Of a DNA stretch of 64,000 nucleotides, positions 1-10,316 are shown piece after piece (the first letter of the stretch is position 1; each line of letters starts with the position of its first letter). Under the pieces are notes generated by a model that did no database searches, was not told the DNA's origin, and worked only from the letters and a program-made list of their open reading frames with translations. A program made the translations under genes and the position numbers. Source of the DNA: a virus. The stretch spans positions 23,068-87,067 of the IMG/VR virus record IMGVR_UViG_3300022602_004810. One strand, written 5' to 3'.

Positions 1-2
1 AC

Positions 3-143
3 GAAGTTGATGCTTGGTTAGAGGCCCATGAGATCAATACTCTTTACGAAGATATGGATTATATCGTCAATGGTAAGTATGAATACCATTTCCTCTGTTT
101 AAAAGAAGAACATGCTACTTTAGCAAAATTGAGGTGGTCATGA
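3..143 (+). CDS. Partial (5'-truncated) small protein of the 'LRW-tail' paralog family
   Basis: Open frame from the window edge, EVDAWLEAHE...EEHATLAKLRWS*, with an ATGA overlap into the next ORF. Confidence 0.7.
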   Translation, partial: EVDAWLEAHEINTLYEDMDYIVNGKYEYHFLCLKEEHATLAKLRWS

Positions 144-343
144 ATCTAAGGAAAATATCTGGCAGTGATCGTGCTGGCATCTATGTAATAAGCCCTCACG
201 AAGATGTCTACGCAGATGACTATAAAAAATTTATCAATTGGTTAGAAGAGCATTGTCCAAATGAATATGAACTAGACCATACCTATTTAACCATCACCGC
301 ACATGCCGAGGTACTGTTGGCATTGACTTTTAACTTTGTTTAG
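140..343 (+). CDS. Small hypothetical protein
   Basis: ATG overlaps the upstream TGA; ends in TAG. Confidence 0.65.
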   Translation: MNLRKISGSDRAGIYVISPHEDVYADDYKKFINWLEEHCPNEYELDHTYLTITAHAEVLLALTFNFV

Positions 344-351
344 TGTATAAT
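323..351 (+). promoter_or_regulatory. Sigma70-type promoter
   Basis: TTGACT-N17-TATAAT, ending 7 nt before the ATG at 359. Confidence 0.7.
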
Positions 352-358
352 ACAAATT

Positions 359-1252
359 ATGAAAATAGCACTGGGTAGTGACCTACACTTAGAATTTGGT
401 GGAATAGAACTTAAAAACACAGAATCAGCTGACGTACTTGTACTTGCTGGTGATATCTGTGTGGCCCGTGACATTGAATTAGCTAGTGCTAATATGTATG
501 CTCAACGCAAACGTGCTGAACGTTACTTGGCATTCTTTGAACAAGTATCAAAGGAGTTTCCTAAGGTTGTCTACATCATGGGCAATCACGAACACTATCA
601 CGGTGACTTCAAATATACCTACGATATACTTAAAACAGCTTTAGGGCATTTGGAAAACGTCCACGTGTTAGAAAAAGAAACCCTAGTCATTAATGATGTT
701 ACTATCATTGGTGCTACTGTCTGGACTGACATGAATGGTAGTGATCCTACTACCTTGCGTGAAATGCCGCACATGATGAATGACTTCCATGGTGTAGATA
801 ATAGTAATAATATGATACAACGCAAAGTTCCGTTATATCATTATGATGACGAAACTAAGGTTCAAACAGTTACTTCACACAAGTATAAAGACTATCCAAG
901 CAAGTTTAGTCCTAAAGACGCTGTAGAAGATCATGATAAGGCCTTGGATTATATTAGCCATGTGGTTGCCGAACGTGCCGAAGAAAAGTTTGTGGTTGTA
1001 TCACATCACTGTCCAAGTGAGCAGAGTGTACATGACAAATACCGGGCAGATACCATTATGAATGGTGGCTTCCGTAGCGACCTAGATGATTTTATTAGTT
1101 ATCGTCCACAGATTAAACTTTGGTGTCATGGTCATACTCATGAAGAATTTGACTATGTTCTAGGTGAAACACGGGTGGTATGTAACCCACGTGGCTATGT
1201 AGGACATGAGCCTCGTGCTGGTTATTTCCAACTAAAATATCTAGAGGTATAA
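359..1252 (+). CDS. Calcineurin-like metallophosphoesterase
   Basis: Motifs SDLH, AGD, GNHE, HH and GHTH. Confidence 0.9.
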   Translation: MKIALGSDLHLEFGGIELKNTESADVLVLAGDICVARDIELASANMYAQRKRAERYLAFFEQVSKEFPKVVYIMGNHEHYHGDFKYTYDILKTALGHLENVHVLEKETLVINDVTIIGATVWTDMNGSDPTTLREMPHMMNDFHGVDNSNNMIQRKVPLYHYDDETKVQTVTSHKYKDYPSKFSPKDAVEDHDKALDYISHVVAERAEEKFVVVSHHCPSEQSVHDKYRADTIMNGGFRSDLDDFISYRPQIKLWCHGHTHEEFDYVLGETRVVCNPRGYVGHEPRAGYFQLKYLEV

Positions 1253-1515
1253 TGAAACACACTCTTACCTTGTCAGTTCGTAGTTGGCAAATTCTCCAAG
1301 AGCGGATCCTTGTGGACTATGGTCGCGCTACCTTGCTGATCAGTTGGCGATTAAAGGCTAATCTAGGATTCACTGTGCGCAAGCATACGGACTATGACCA
1401 AGATGGTTGGCAAATTACCACCATTCGACTAGACTTTTACGATGAACAACTACAGACCTTGTTCTTGTTACGCTACGGCGAGTTTGTTAGCAATTATGAA
1501 AATACCCAAGAATAA
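1252..1515 (+). CDS. Small protein, LRW-tail family
   Basis: C-terminal FYDEQLQTLFLLRYG; TAATG coupling to the upstream gene. Confidence 0.7.
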   Translation: MKHTLTLSVRSWQILQERILVDYGRATLLISWRLKANLGFTVRKHTDYDQDGWQITTIRLDFYDEQLQTLFLLRYGEFVSNYENTQE

Positions 1516-1810
1516 AGCCCTAGAACAATTACACGAAGAAGACATTTGGAGTGATGAGTGGGAAGAATGTGTTTACCGCAGTCAGCAAAATGATTGGAGT
1601 GATTATGACGAACACCCATGGGTTTGGTATATGGAAAAAAGTATACGCATAGGCGAAGGTTGGCATTTAGTTAAGATTAGTCCCGATCACAAAGACGTCA
1701 CAGTTATCTACTATCTTAAATCAATAGATGCTAAATTCAAACATAGTAAAAATGAGTTTTTAATAGAAGATCATCAACACGCAATGATGGTAACATTAAA
1801 GTATGCGTAG
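1496..1810 (+). CDS. Small protein, LRW-tail family
   Basis: Probable start MKIPKNK; ends HAMMVTLKYA. Confidence 0.65.
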   Translation: MKIPKNKALEQLHEEDIWSDEWEECVYRSQQNDWSDYDEHPWVWYMEKSIRIGEGWHLVKISPDHKDVTVIYYLKSIDAKFKHSKNEFLIEDHQHAMMVTLKYA

Positions 1811-2141
1811 AGTCATGGCCAGGGGAAGACAAGTGGGTAAATCAACATTAAGTTTAGCAGATCAGATGCTACAACATCAATCACAGTTGATGCAGCGTAG
1901 TATTGATCGTATGGTCATGGATGAGATTTGGTCTTTATACAAATACCGTGTAAGCAAATCATGGACTGATCGTAGGGGCCGCAAGATGCATCGTATAGCT
2001 GCCAATGATGAAGTACGCAAATGGTTAGACACAGAACACAGTCAATACGGTGTAAGTAACCCTGAGTGGTGGAAGTTTGAGAAACAAATTAACATCACTG
2101 ACAAATTATTCACACTATTGGTCTTAAGGTTTGCTGAATGA
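1803..2141 (+). CDS. Small protein, LRW-tail family
   Basis: Ends KLFTLLVLRFAE. Confidence 0.7.
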   Translation: MRRVMARGRQVGKSTLSLADQMLQHQSQLMQRSIDRMVMDEIWSLYKYRVSKSWTDRRGRKMHRIAANDEVRKWLDTEHSQYGVSNPEWWKFEKQINITDKLFTLLVLRFAE

Positions 2142-2347
2142 CTCCGTGGTTATATTTAAATGGTCTAATTAGTTCAGATCGCGCACCAGAGCACAATGAA
2201 GTATGGATGACTGCTAAGTTACAGGCTAAGTGGCCCGGTGATTATACTGTAGTTAAAGATATAGACTACCAATGGCATTATGTTGAATATAAAATGGTAT
2301 TCGACAATCCCGCAGACGAAACAATGTTTAGGTTAAAATACGCATGA
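2138..2347 (+). CDS. Small protein, LRW-tail family
   Basis: Ends FDNPADETMFRLKYA; ATGA overlap. Confidence 0.7.
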   Translation: MTPWLYLNGLISSDRAPEHNEVWMTAKLQAKWPGDYTVVKDIDYQWHYVEYKMVFDNPADETMFRLKYA

Positions 2348-2622
2348 GAGCGGCACCAGTAGAGCGACAACAAGTAGAACAACGGTTACTCAACGAAGGG
2401 TGGCAGGCTGTTCGCATACCCAAAGTGGAAGGTGATAACACGTGGAGCATTTACAATATGACGACGTGGTGCGAGCATACTCTTGGGCTAGGCAGACCAG
2501 AACCAGGCATTATTGGGCTCGGTTTGGGGGATGTTTGGTATGCGTTTAATTGGTTTGGATATTATAATTTTTACTTTAAACATGCCAAAGATGCCACAGC
2601 ATTCGCCCTGAGGTGGGCATGA
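2344..2622 (+). CDS. Small protein, LRW-tail family
   Basis: Ends FKHAKDATAFALRWA; ATGA overlap. Confidence 0.7.
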   Translation: MRAAPVERQQVEQRLLNEGWQAVRIPKVEGDNTWSIYNMTTWCEHTLGLGRPEPGIIGLGLGDVWYAFNWFGYYNFYFKHAKDATAFALRWA

Positions 2623-2855
2623 GTATATTAGATGGCGCTAATGGACGTAAGTTTATAGCATCAGGACCGTTTGATCACGAGATGCCCTATTACTATATAG
2701 TAATAGCCGACATTAGTCATTGGATGAAGAATGAAAAGGCCATATATGCGTGGATGGATGAGAATTTACCCAGAGGTAGACTTCATCAAGAAGGTATGAC
2801 TCTGGCATTAGAAACAGAAGAACAACTAACAGCATTTTTATTAAGGTGGGCATAA
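2619..2855 (+). CDS. Small protein, LRW-tail family
   Basis: Ends ETEEQLTAFLLRWA; ATGA overlap. Confidence 0.7.
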   Translation: MSILDGANGRKFIASGPFDHEMPYYYIVIADISHWMKNEKAIYAWMDENLPRGRLHQEGMTLALETEEQLTAFLLRWA

Positions 2856-3346
2856 TGAAGACAATATTTTTAGACATGGATGGAGTAGTAAGTGACTTTG
2901 ATGCTTACGCTGAACCACTAGTGGGATTTAGAACACCAGGCGGTGTTAGGTATGATCAGGAAGGTTGGGAAAAGATTTCTGCAGAACCTAGATTATATAG
3001 TAAGCTAGAAACATGTCCTGGTGCTGATCGATTGGTAACTACTGTTCAAGATCTAGCAGAAGAATTTGGCTACGATGTTAAGTTTTTAACTGCTATCCCT
3101 AGACAAAATGATGTGCCTTGGGCATTTCATGATAAAACAGAATGGATCAAAGCACGCTGGCCTAATATCCCTGTATGGTTTGGTCCTTACAGCAATGACA
3201 AGCAACAACACTGTCGCCCAGGTGATATTTTAATTGACGACCGTCCTAGTAACATCGATGAATGGAATGCCGCAGGTGGTATTGGAATATTACACGTTAA
3301 TTATAACGTAGATGAAACGCTAGTTAAACTATCTAGTGTAGTGTAG
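2855..3346 (+). CDS. 5'(3')-deoxyribonucleotidase (NT5C-like HAD hydrolase)
   Basis: HAD motif I DMDGV and motif IV LIDD; start at a TAATG overlap. Confidence 0.85.
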   Translation: MKTIFLDMDGVVSDFDAYAEPLVGFRTPGGVRYDQEGWEKISAEPRLYSKLETCPGADRLVTTVQDLAEEFGYDVKFLTAIPRQNDVPWAFHDKTEWIKARWPNIPVWFGPYSNDKQQHCRPGDILIDDRPSNIDEWNAAGGIGILHVNYNVDETLVKLSSVV

Positions 3347-3575
3347 CGTTTGCTGGACGAATATTTTCAGCGGATAGTTTAACTAAGAAGTTGATAATAT
3401 CTTCTATGTTAGGATTAACTTCATCATCGTCTCCTAGAGTTTCTGGAAAACTAATGCCTTTAAGTTGACCTTCAGAGTTTATAACAAAAACAAAATCTTC
3501 TGGCTGTATATCATTAAGAACATCGTATTCATCTAGTTCTACTTCTATATCTAGTTCTTCTGTAGTTTTTGCCAT
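3333..3575 (-). CDS. Acidic hypothetical protein
   Basis: SD AAGGAG before ATG 3575; convergent overlap with the NT5C gene. Confidence 0.7.
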   Translation of the reverse strand: MAKTTEELDIEVELDEYDVLNDIQPEDFVFVINSEGQLKGISFPETLGDDDEVNPNIEDIINFLVKLSAENIRPANATLH

Positions 3576-3585
3576 TACAATCTCC

Positions 3586-5841
3586 TTATCCCAATCCTTG
3601 TGGGCTCTTGCCACTCATTTGTGAATCTAATTCTGCTTTCATTTGAGGTAAAGCCTGTAATATTGTATACGCTGACTGTGTAGGATCGGACGAATTCGGA
3701 TTAGCCTTAACTGTAGCATAAACAACATCGTAGGTGCCTGTAAACATTACCGCATAAGGTCCCCATCCATGGGATGAAGCTTCGCTACCATTTATTATTC
3801 GCCACAGATTATCAGTAGATGAATTAGCTATAGCTTCTATGGTTACTGTACCACCACTGGTACGTTGGAAATCTCTAGAAACTGTAATTGGATATGCCAC
3901 ATTTGTTGCGCCTGGTTCGGGTGGTGGCGGAGTAGTCTGTACTGGAGGAATACCGTTATCAGCAAGTAGTTTATTATTCTTACCTTCTGCTAGACTGGCT
4001 TTAATTGCTTCTCCACCAGGAGTTGCTGTATTAGCTAAATTATGCAGTATATCAGAAACGCCGCTACCGCTGGTGTCTGCCCCAAATTTATGCAGACTTT
4101 TAGCAAAGCTCATCGAAGTTCCGAGCGTATTTGGTGGCGGGCTAGTTAAATCAACACCTGCAACATTCGTTATCAGGTTTACCGCTCCTGCAATCGATGT
4201 AGATAGCAATGCTATAGCACTTGCTGCATCAGTTGTAACAGTTTTTAAAAAACTAGTAATACTAGGACCACCTGCTAGATGCTGAGTAAAGTCAGTCATA
4301 TTAGGTAATCCCAATGGACCACTACCAGAGCCTGTCATTACATTTAGTGTAGGTTGATTTTTTGTTATTAAACTGTTTAAACTAGGAAAGGCCGCTGTGT
4401 GTAATGGTGTCTGAACTGACTGGATTTGATTAAATAATGACCCAGCGGCACCTGCATCTTTTAATGTTCCTGCACCTATATCTGTTAGATGTGATGTTAA
4501 CCCACTAACACCTCCCGTTAATCCAGCAATTGCAGATGGATCAGCTAGTTTAGTCGGATCACCTAAATCTTTAAGATTTTGAATGCCGCCTGTTAATGAA
4601 GGTAAACTTTGTCCAGGCGATAGTGATGCTCCCATGGCTGTACTAGGTGTACTAAAACCAGTAGTAGTAAGACTATCTGCCGCAGATGTACTATTGCCTA
4701 GAACCAGTGTGCCTGCTTGCGAAGCAAACAAGTTCTTTTGTGTTTTACCAGCATTGGTTAAATCAGTACTAGCAGCATTTGCAGAATTTAATGCTGATTC
4801 AACGTCATTATTTCTAAAATTAACTAACTGTAGTTTAACAGCATCATCAGGTAACGGTGATATTTCATTTTTAGAAATGTTATTTGCATCTGTAAAACAT
4901 TGTTGGAAATCTTGATATTCGGGTCCTAATATTGTAGGTTTAATTGCTGTATATTCTGCAAGACTTGTAGTACTTTGTATGAGAGGAATAGCCGTACCGT
5001 GTACCCAATCTACCCAGTTGTTTGCTCTAGTAATAATATCCTGTAGTTCAGCTAGAATAGCATCAGCATTACTATCCCCTGTAGATTCAGTAGCGGCTAT
5101 CTCGGGTGCTACATCAAATTGGTCAGCTACAACACTTAAAGCACTAGGGTCAGTAATGCCGCTCATTACTTGATTAATCTTGTCTGCGTATATAGGATTA
5201 TCTAGATCATCTATAGGCACACCTGCATCAGCTAATCTTCTATTAACACCTGTGGCATTGGCTAGTTTATTATCAGTTAACGATTTAACTAATCCAAGAC
5301 TACTACCAAAATCCTTAACATCGCCACCATTGTACATAGTGCCTGTGGCCTGCATAAGTGCGCCAGCCGCTGGCAAACTACCTAAAGCATTTGACATGCC
5401 ACGATCTGCAGCACTGCCCATGTCAGTAATACCTGGGCCAAGATCACTATAGTTCATGTTAGCCATAAAGTCAGATGCTTTACGTAGCTCTTGCGAATCT
5501 TGTATATGACCATGAAGTTGACTAAAGAAACTACCAAAAGCCGCATGATTTGGCGAACTACCAAATCCCATGCTAGTATGAAATGAAGTTAAACTAGACA
5601 GTGTAGCTGTTGCAGCCGCACTATTTGCATCAGCTACGTTTGCTGATATTGTCTGTAACTGTGCTACTACATTGGCCACAGACGGTGCTAAACAAAGTGC
5701 TGAACCTTGATTAATTCCAATCATTGCGGTTAATGTAGCAGGCGTTAGGGCCGATGCAGCTTGCCCTAACGTAGTTTTTTGATTTTCAGCTATTACAGTG
5801 CTAGCTTGCCCTGTAACAAGGCTTATATCGTGTTCAGACAT
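3586..5841 (-). CDS. Large Ala/Ser/Gly/Thr-rich protein, probably virion structural
   Basis: 751-aa ORF with low-charge composition; no catalytic motif recognised. Confidence 0.55.
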   Translation of the reverse strand: MSEHDISLVTGQASTVIAENQKTTLGQAASALTPATLTAMIGINQGSALCLAPSVANVVAQLQTISANVADANSAAATATLSSLTSFHTSMGFGSSPNHAAFGSFFSQLHGHIQDSQELRKASDFMANMNYSDLGPGITDMGSAADRGMSNALGSLPAAGALMQATGTMYNGGDVKDFGSSLGLVKSLTDNKLANATGVNRRLADAGVPIDDLDNPIYADKINQVMSGITDPSALSVVADQFDVAPEIAATESTGDSNADAILAELQDIITRANNWVDWVHGTAIPLIQSTTSLAEYTAIKPTILGPEYQDFQQCFTDANNISKNEISPLPDDAVKLQLVNFRNNDVESALNSANAASTDLTNAGKTQKNLFASQAGTLVLGNSTSAADSLTTTGFSTPSTAMGASLSPGQSLPSLTGGIQNLKDLGDPTKLADPSAIAGLTGGVSGLTSHLTDIGAGTLKDAGAAGSLFNQIQSVQTPLHTAAFPSLNSLITKNQPTLNVMTGSGSGPLGLPNMTDFTQHLAGGPSITSFLKTVTTDAASAIALLSTSIAGAVNLITNVAGVDLTSPPPNTLGTSMSFAKSLHKFGADTSGSGVSDILHNLANTATPGGEAIKASLAEGKNNKLLADNGIPPVQTTPPPPEPGATNVAYPITVSRDFQRTSGGTVTIEAIANSSTDNLWRIINGSEASSHGWGPYAVMFTGTYDVVYATVKANPNSSDPTQSAYTILQALPQMKAELDSQMSGKSPQGLG

Positions 5842-5850
5842 TGTTTATTC

Positions 5851-6162
5851 CTAGGTAATAATGCCACTAGCTGCCGCAGGTTTAATGCCTGTTGTAGTTT
5901 GGATGTAGTGATTTTCTACATCTTTAATTGTTGGCGAGTGTAACATCACATGACCTTTGTCAACGGTCATACTCTTATTTAAGTCACTTGTGAATAGGCT
6001 TTGAATCAAACCAATGCCATTGGCACTTGGAATTACAGTGCATGGTCTGCTGACTGTAAAACTAGTTGGTGTATCTTCTACAATTTTAGCGACGATTTCG
6101 TCACCGTTTACTAATTTGAAACTTACTATTGTATCTTTATCATATGGTTTATTTGTTAACAT
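5851..6162 (-). CDS. Conserved phage protein, possible Sm-like fold
   Basis: VSFKLVNGDEIVAK pattern typical of small Sm-like proteins in T4-like phages. Confidence 0.5.
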   Translation of the reverse strand: MLTNKPYDKDTIVSFKLVNGDEIVAKIVEDTPTSFTVSRPCTVIPSANGIGLIQSLFTSDLNKSMTVDKGHVMLHSPTIKDVENHYIQTTTGIKPAAASGIIT

Positions 6163-6412
6163 CAGTCGCTCCTATGCGTTCTTGAATTTGATCAGCGTTT
6201 AATCGCGCCAATCCTTGATATCCACCTTCCACTAACAATTTACCATTGTTGTAGATCTGTGGGGCTGTGCGGTGACCTTCATTGATCAACCATTCACGTG
6301 CTTCTGGATTCTCATCGATTTTAATTTCTTCGAATTCAAATCCGTTAGTCTTTAGATAATGCTTGGCTTTGTCACAAAACGGACAATTGTTTTTTGAATA
6401 TACTGTTAACAT
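6149..6412 (-). CDS. Glutaredoxin (NrdC/NrdH-like)
   Basis: CPFC active site, TAPQI and GG motifs; adjacent to nrdAB. Confidence 0.92.
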   Translation of the reverse strand: MLTVYSKNNCPFCDKAKHYLKTNGFEFEEIKIDENPEAREWLINEGHRTAPQIYNNGKLLVEGGYQGLARLNADQIQERIGATDVNK

Positions 6413-6422
6413 CTTTTCTCTC

Positions 6423-7523
6423 TTATAAACTTGGTAATGCGTCATAGTCAATACTATCGCCCATTACACCAATGACGTAGTTAGTTGACTCTGATTCTTG
6501 TAGGGCTGTTTGTTTTTTGCTGGTATCGCTGTGCTTGTTAAACCAAGGAATAGGTGTAGTCTTTGGCGCTGGGCTTTGATATTTAATGCCTACAGCTTTT
6601 AAGGCATCTACGGCTGTATAATCAACAAAATCCTTTAAAATATTGGCATTTAACCCAATAACTGGACCTTTTTGGAACAGATAATCGGCCCAATCTTTTT
6701 CTTCCTTGATAACGCTCAAATACATCTGATATACTTCTGCTTCACATTCTACTTTAACAGCAGCAAAACGTGGATCTTCTTTGACCACTTGATTGATCAA
6801 GAACGCTGTCCACTCTTTGTGTAGTAACTCGTCTTGTAGAATCAAGCTGATAATGTTACCGTTACCAATAAAGATCTTGTTTTCAACCATGGCCAAACTG
6901 GTAGCAAATGATACCATAAAGCGGAATGCTTCTAGGCCGTAGCTGGCATGTAGGGCTAACCAAATAGCTTTGATGTGATCACGTTCTGCCACAGTTTCGC
7001 CCATTTCTTTGCGACAGTTAATAACATGTAAGGCATCATAATAATCACCAATATTACTAGCCATACCCACAATTTCTTCAGTATCGTGTATAGTATTAAA
7101 CACATCTTTAGGCACATTATAGATATTACGAATAATATGACTATAGCTCTTACTGTGAATGTTAGTTTCGAAGAAACTCCAGTTACTGATCAGTGCTTCT
7201 AGTTCCGGAATACTTACTACAGGGCCAAATACTTGATTAGGTGCGCGACCTTGTAGGCTGTCTAGAGCTGTTTGACGTAATAAGTTACTGGTAAAGATAT
7301 GTCGCACTGCTTCACTAGCATCTTTAAAATCGTTAGCATCTTTAGTTAGACTAACTTCTTCTGGTTGCCAAAAGAATCCTCTGGCTGTGGTTTCAAAGTT
7401 AGCAATCTTATTATACTTAACTTCTTCAAAGCGTTGGATAGTTACAGGACCTGCTGGGTCAAGGAACATCTTACGTTGTAAATAGTTTGTTTTAGTACTT
7501 AAATTATATTGTTCTTTACTCAT
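6423..7523 (-). CDS. nrdB: Ribonucleotide reductase class Ia beta subunit
   Basis: FFWQPEEV, ETNIHSKSY, EAFRF, DELLH iron ligands and C-terminal QESE..NY. Confidence 0.97.
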   Translation of the reverse strand: MSKEQYNLSTKTNYLQRKMFLDPAGPVTIQRFEEVKYNKIANFETTARGFFWQPEEVSLTKDANDFKDASEAVRHIFTSNLLRQTALDSLQGRAPNQVFGPVVSIPELEALISNWSFFETNIHSKSYSHIIRNIYNVPKDVFNTIHDTEEIVGMASNIGDYYDALHVINCRKEMGETVAERDHIKAIWLALHASYGLEAFRFMVSFATSLAMVENKIFIGNGNIISLILQDELLHKEWTAFLINQVVKEDPRFAAVKVECEAEVYQMYLSVIKEEKDWADYLFQKGPVIGLNANILKDFVDYTAVDALKAVGIKYQSPAPKTTPIPWFNKHSDTSKKQTALQESESTNYVIGVMGDSIDYDALPSL

Positions 7524-9838
7524 AGTTTACAGCTCTCGCAATCTTCTTCGATATATTCTTCTACTTGCACAGTTTGTGCTGGTGTTTCTTCTGCTACCGC
7601 TTTACTACCTTGTTTGTTAATCAAGCTATAATAAAATGTTTTAATACCCCATAATTGTGCCTGCATTAAATTTTTAGCAATTAGCGTAGTTGGTACTTTA
7701 CGATCAGCCCAATGTGCTGGATTATAGAATGTATTAGTACTAATACTTTGGTCAACGTAAGCTGCAATAACAGCCGCTGTCTTTAAATATGCGTCACAAT
7801 CTTTTTGTTCCCACATCAATTGATATTTGTTTTTTAGTTTATTATATTCTGGAACAACTTGAATAAACGATCCTGCTTTTGATTCTTTAACACTGATTAG
7901 GCTCATTGGCATTTCAATACCGTTAGTTGAGTTAATAACAACACTTGAGCTTTCAACTGGTGCTACTGCCATTAGGGTAGCGTTACGTACACCATATTGC
8001 TTCATATCAGTACGTAGAGTTTCCCAATCTAACTCTGGTGTAAAGTCTGCTAGTTCATTAGCACCCTTGGCACGTAATTCCCAAGGAAACACACCTTGTC
8101 CATAACGTGTTTTTGCTGAATCTTTACAAGCACCGCGTTCTCGAGCTAACTCAACTGTGGCTTCTGTTAGGTAAAATGCCTGATGCTCCATCCATGATTT
8201 AACTTCTTGTAGGGCATCCTTTTCACCATACTTAAAACTACGTTTTGCGTGCCAATAAGCAAGGTTAGTAATACCAATGCCCAAAGGTTGTATTTCATCG
8301 TTAGACAATTTACTTTGAATACTTAAGAAATCCTGGTAGTCAAGTATATTACACAAACTGCGCTGAAGAATGCGACAAGCTCTGCGCATATCTTCGGGGT
8401 TTCTGAACGCTCCCCAATTGATAGACCCAAGCGTACACAAAGCGATACGACCATTATCATCATCCAAACGCTTGAATGGCTTAGTAGGTAATAGAATTTC
8501 ACAGCATAAATTTGACTGATAAATTGTGTGGTATTCTGGATCAAATGGTCCTTGGTTCATTACGTTGTCAATAAACACAAGATAGATACGTCCAGTATCA
8601 GTTCTCTCCTTGAGTATGCCACCTTTGAATACTTCTTCTGCACTCATTACTTTTTTACGTAGATCTCGACGACGTTCATACTTAACATAAAGCTCTTCGA
8701 ATAGTTCTGCATTGCTATAGAATGCTTCATATAATTCTGGTACTTCGTTAGGATCAAAGAATGTAATGTTTTCTTTGTTCTTAAATCTACGCCAGAAGAA
8801 GCTAGATAACACTACGCCATAGTCCATATGACGAACACGGGTTTCTTCTGTTCCTTGATTGTTTTTCAACACAATTAAATCATCAAACTGATGATGCCAG
8901 ATAGGGTAAAACACAGTAGCTGATGCATTACGTATGCCGCCTTGACTGCATGAACGTAAATCACCAAACCACTTCTTAAGGAAAGGAATCATACCCGTGT
9001 GCATGATCTCTCCGCCTCGTATAGGACTCCCTAAGGGGCGCAAACGACCTATTTCTAAACCAATACCAGCACGCTTACTTGCGTACTTGGCCATCATTTC
9101 TCCAGAAGCGAAGATGCTATCCAAGTCGTCATCACTGCGAATAAGCACGCAGCTACTGAATTGTTTAGTCGGAGTGCCAAGTCCAGCAAGTACAGGAGTA
9201 GCAAGAGTAAAAAGACCATCGCTAGCCGCATTATAATATTCCTTGATAAATTTTAAACGTTGACTAGGGTTTTCACTGTGGAAAACTGTAGCGGCAGCTA
9301 CTATATAACGTATTTGTGGTGTTTCGTAAATTTCTTTGGTGGCACGGTTACGTACTAGATATTTTTCAATTAGTTGTTCAATAGCTGCGTATGAATATTG
9401 CTCATCTTTTTCATGCTCGAGCATATCATTCATTTTGTTCCATTCTTCTTCTGTATACCAAGTAAGCAACTCTGGTGTATACAAGCCAACGTCAACATTT
9501 TTCTTAACAATATCTAATAGATGTGGCACTTGATAGTCACCGTATACATCCTTACGTAGCATTGATAGGCGTTGTTTGCCTGCTACATACTGATAATTAG
9601 TATGGCCAACATCAGGATCGTGTTCTATATCAATTAGGTCTACGGTAGCACGTAGGGTTAATTCATCAATTTCTCTAGTACTGATCCCATCGTAGAAGTG
9701 TGGCTGTGCTTTGATCTCGATCATCGATTGACTTACGTCTGCAATTCCTGCACATACTTTACTTACTTGGGCTTGCCATTTACTTACGTCTAACGGGACG
9801 ATGGCTCCGCTGCGTTTTTTGACTTGAATGTTGCTCAC
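7520..9838 (-). CDS. nrdA: Ribonucleotide reductase class Ia alpha subunit with ATP cone
   Basis: N-terminal VKKRSG cone, QFSSCVL, SNLCCEI, KTFYY and C-terminal CESCKL. Confidence 0.97.
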   Translation of the reverse strand: MSNIQVKKRSGAIVPLDVSKWQAQVSKVCAGIADVSQSMIEIKAQPHFYDGISTREIDELTLRATVDLIDIEHDPDVGHTNYQYVAGKQRLSMLRKDVYGDYQVPHLLDIVKKNVDVGLYTPELLTWYTEEEWNKMNDMLEHEKDEQYSYAAIEQLIEKYLVRNRATKEIYETPQIRYIVAAATVFHSENPSQRLKFIKEYYNAASDGLFTLATPVLAGLGTPTKQFSSCVLIRSDDDLDSIFASGEMMAKYASKRAGIGLEIGRLRPLGSPIRGGEIMHTGMIPFLKKWFGDLRSCSQGGIRNASATVFYPIWHHQFDDLIVLKNNQGTEETRVRHMDYGVVLSSFFWRRFKNKENITFFDPNEVPELYEAFYSNAELFEELYVKYERRRDLRKKVMSAEEVFKGGILKERTDTGRIYLVFIDNVMNQGPFDPEYHTIYQSNLCCEILLPTKPFKRLDDDNGRIALCTLGSINWGAFRNPEDMRRACRILQRSLCNILDYQDFLSIQSKLSNDEIQPLGIGITNLAYWHAKRSFKYGEKDALQEVKSWMEHQAFYLTEATVELARERGACKDSAKTRYGQGVFPWELRAKGANELADFTPELDWETLRTDMKQYGVRNATLMAVAPVESSSVVINSTNGIEMPMSLISVKESKAGSFIQVVPEYNKLKNKYQLMWEQKDCDAYLKTAAVIAAYVDQSISTNTFYNPAHWADRKVPTTLIAKNLMQAQLWGIKTFYYSLINKQGSKAVAEETPAQTVQVEEYIEEDCESCKL

Positions 9839-9852
9839 TTGATTGCCTCTTT

Positions 9853-10314
9853 TTAATACTTGTCTAATTGTAAATCTTTACTTGAATATTGATACAACAA
9901 ATCTAACTTTGACTCTTCAATCTGTTTTGTATTTACTATCTCAAACGGATAGTAATTAAGAATATATTTCCCACCATCGATCCATGCTAAATTGTATCTA
10001 TTCTTTTCTTTGTAATCATAATAGGTGCGGAACTCTACATCAACTGATTTATGACCAGTAAAATATATAGTATATATGATTCCTAATGCTTTAGCAATGT
10101 CGCAATAGTAGTTTTCGGCTAATAAAGTCCAAGGATCCGGCCAGATAGAAGGATTACTAGGATCTAAGTAGTAAGTAACAAATGGAGCTGTACTCCACAT
10201 TTGGTTTAATTCAAGAATAGCTGTGGGTAGTGGTAGATCGCTTAAATGGTGGCGAATGTCTTTCCACTGCGCCAGTCTATCATTAACTCGCAGATTCCAA
10301 AAATTTGTCCACAT
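9853..10314 (-). CDS. Conserved hypothetical protein
   Basis: 153-aa ORF tightly packed in an operon. Confidence 0.7.
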   Translation of the reverse strand: MWTNFWNLRVNDRLAQWKDIRHHLSDLPLPTAILELNQMWSTAPFVTYYLDPSNPSIWPDPWTLLAENYYCDIAKALGIIYTIYFTGHKSVDVEFRTYYDYKEKNRYNLAWIDGGKYILNYYPFEIVNTKQIEESKLDLLYQYSSKDLQLDKY

Positions 10315-10316
10315 AA

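Noticed and set aside
1803-1850. Terminase-like Walker A (ARGRQVGKST) in a 112-aa ORF
   Set aside because: No Walker B or remaining ATPase domain follows; at most a short remnant.
3839-5452. Plus-strand ORFs antisense to the 751-aa gene, and similar shadow ORFs over nrdA, helicase, fibre, fhs, rmlB and HNH
   Set aside because: They lie fully opposite or out of frame within well-supported genes, and lack RBSs and motifs; this is a codon-bias artefact.
6423-9838. Inteins or introns in nrdA/nrdB
   Set aside because: Both have normal lengths and continuous motifs.
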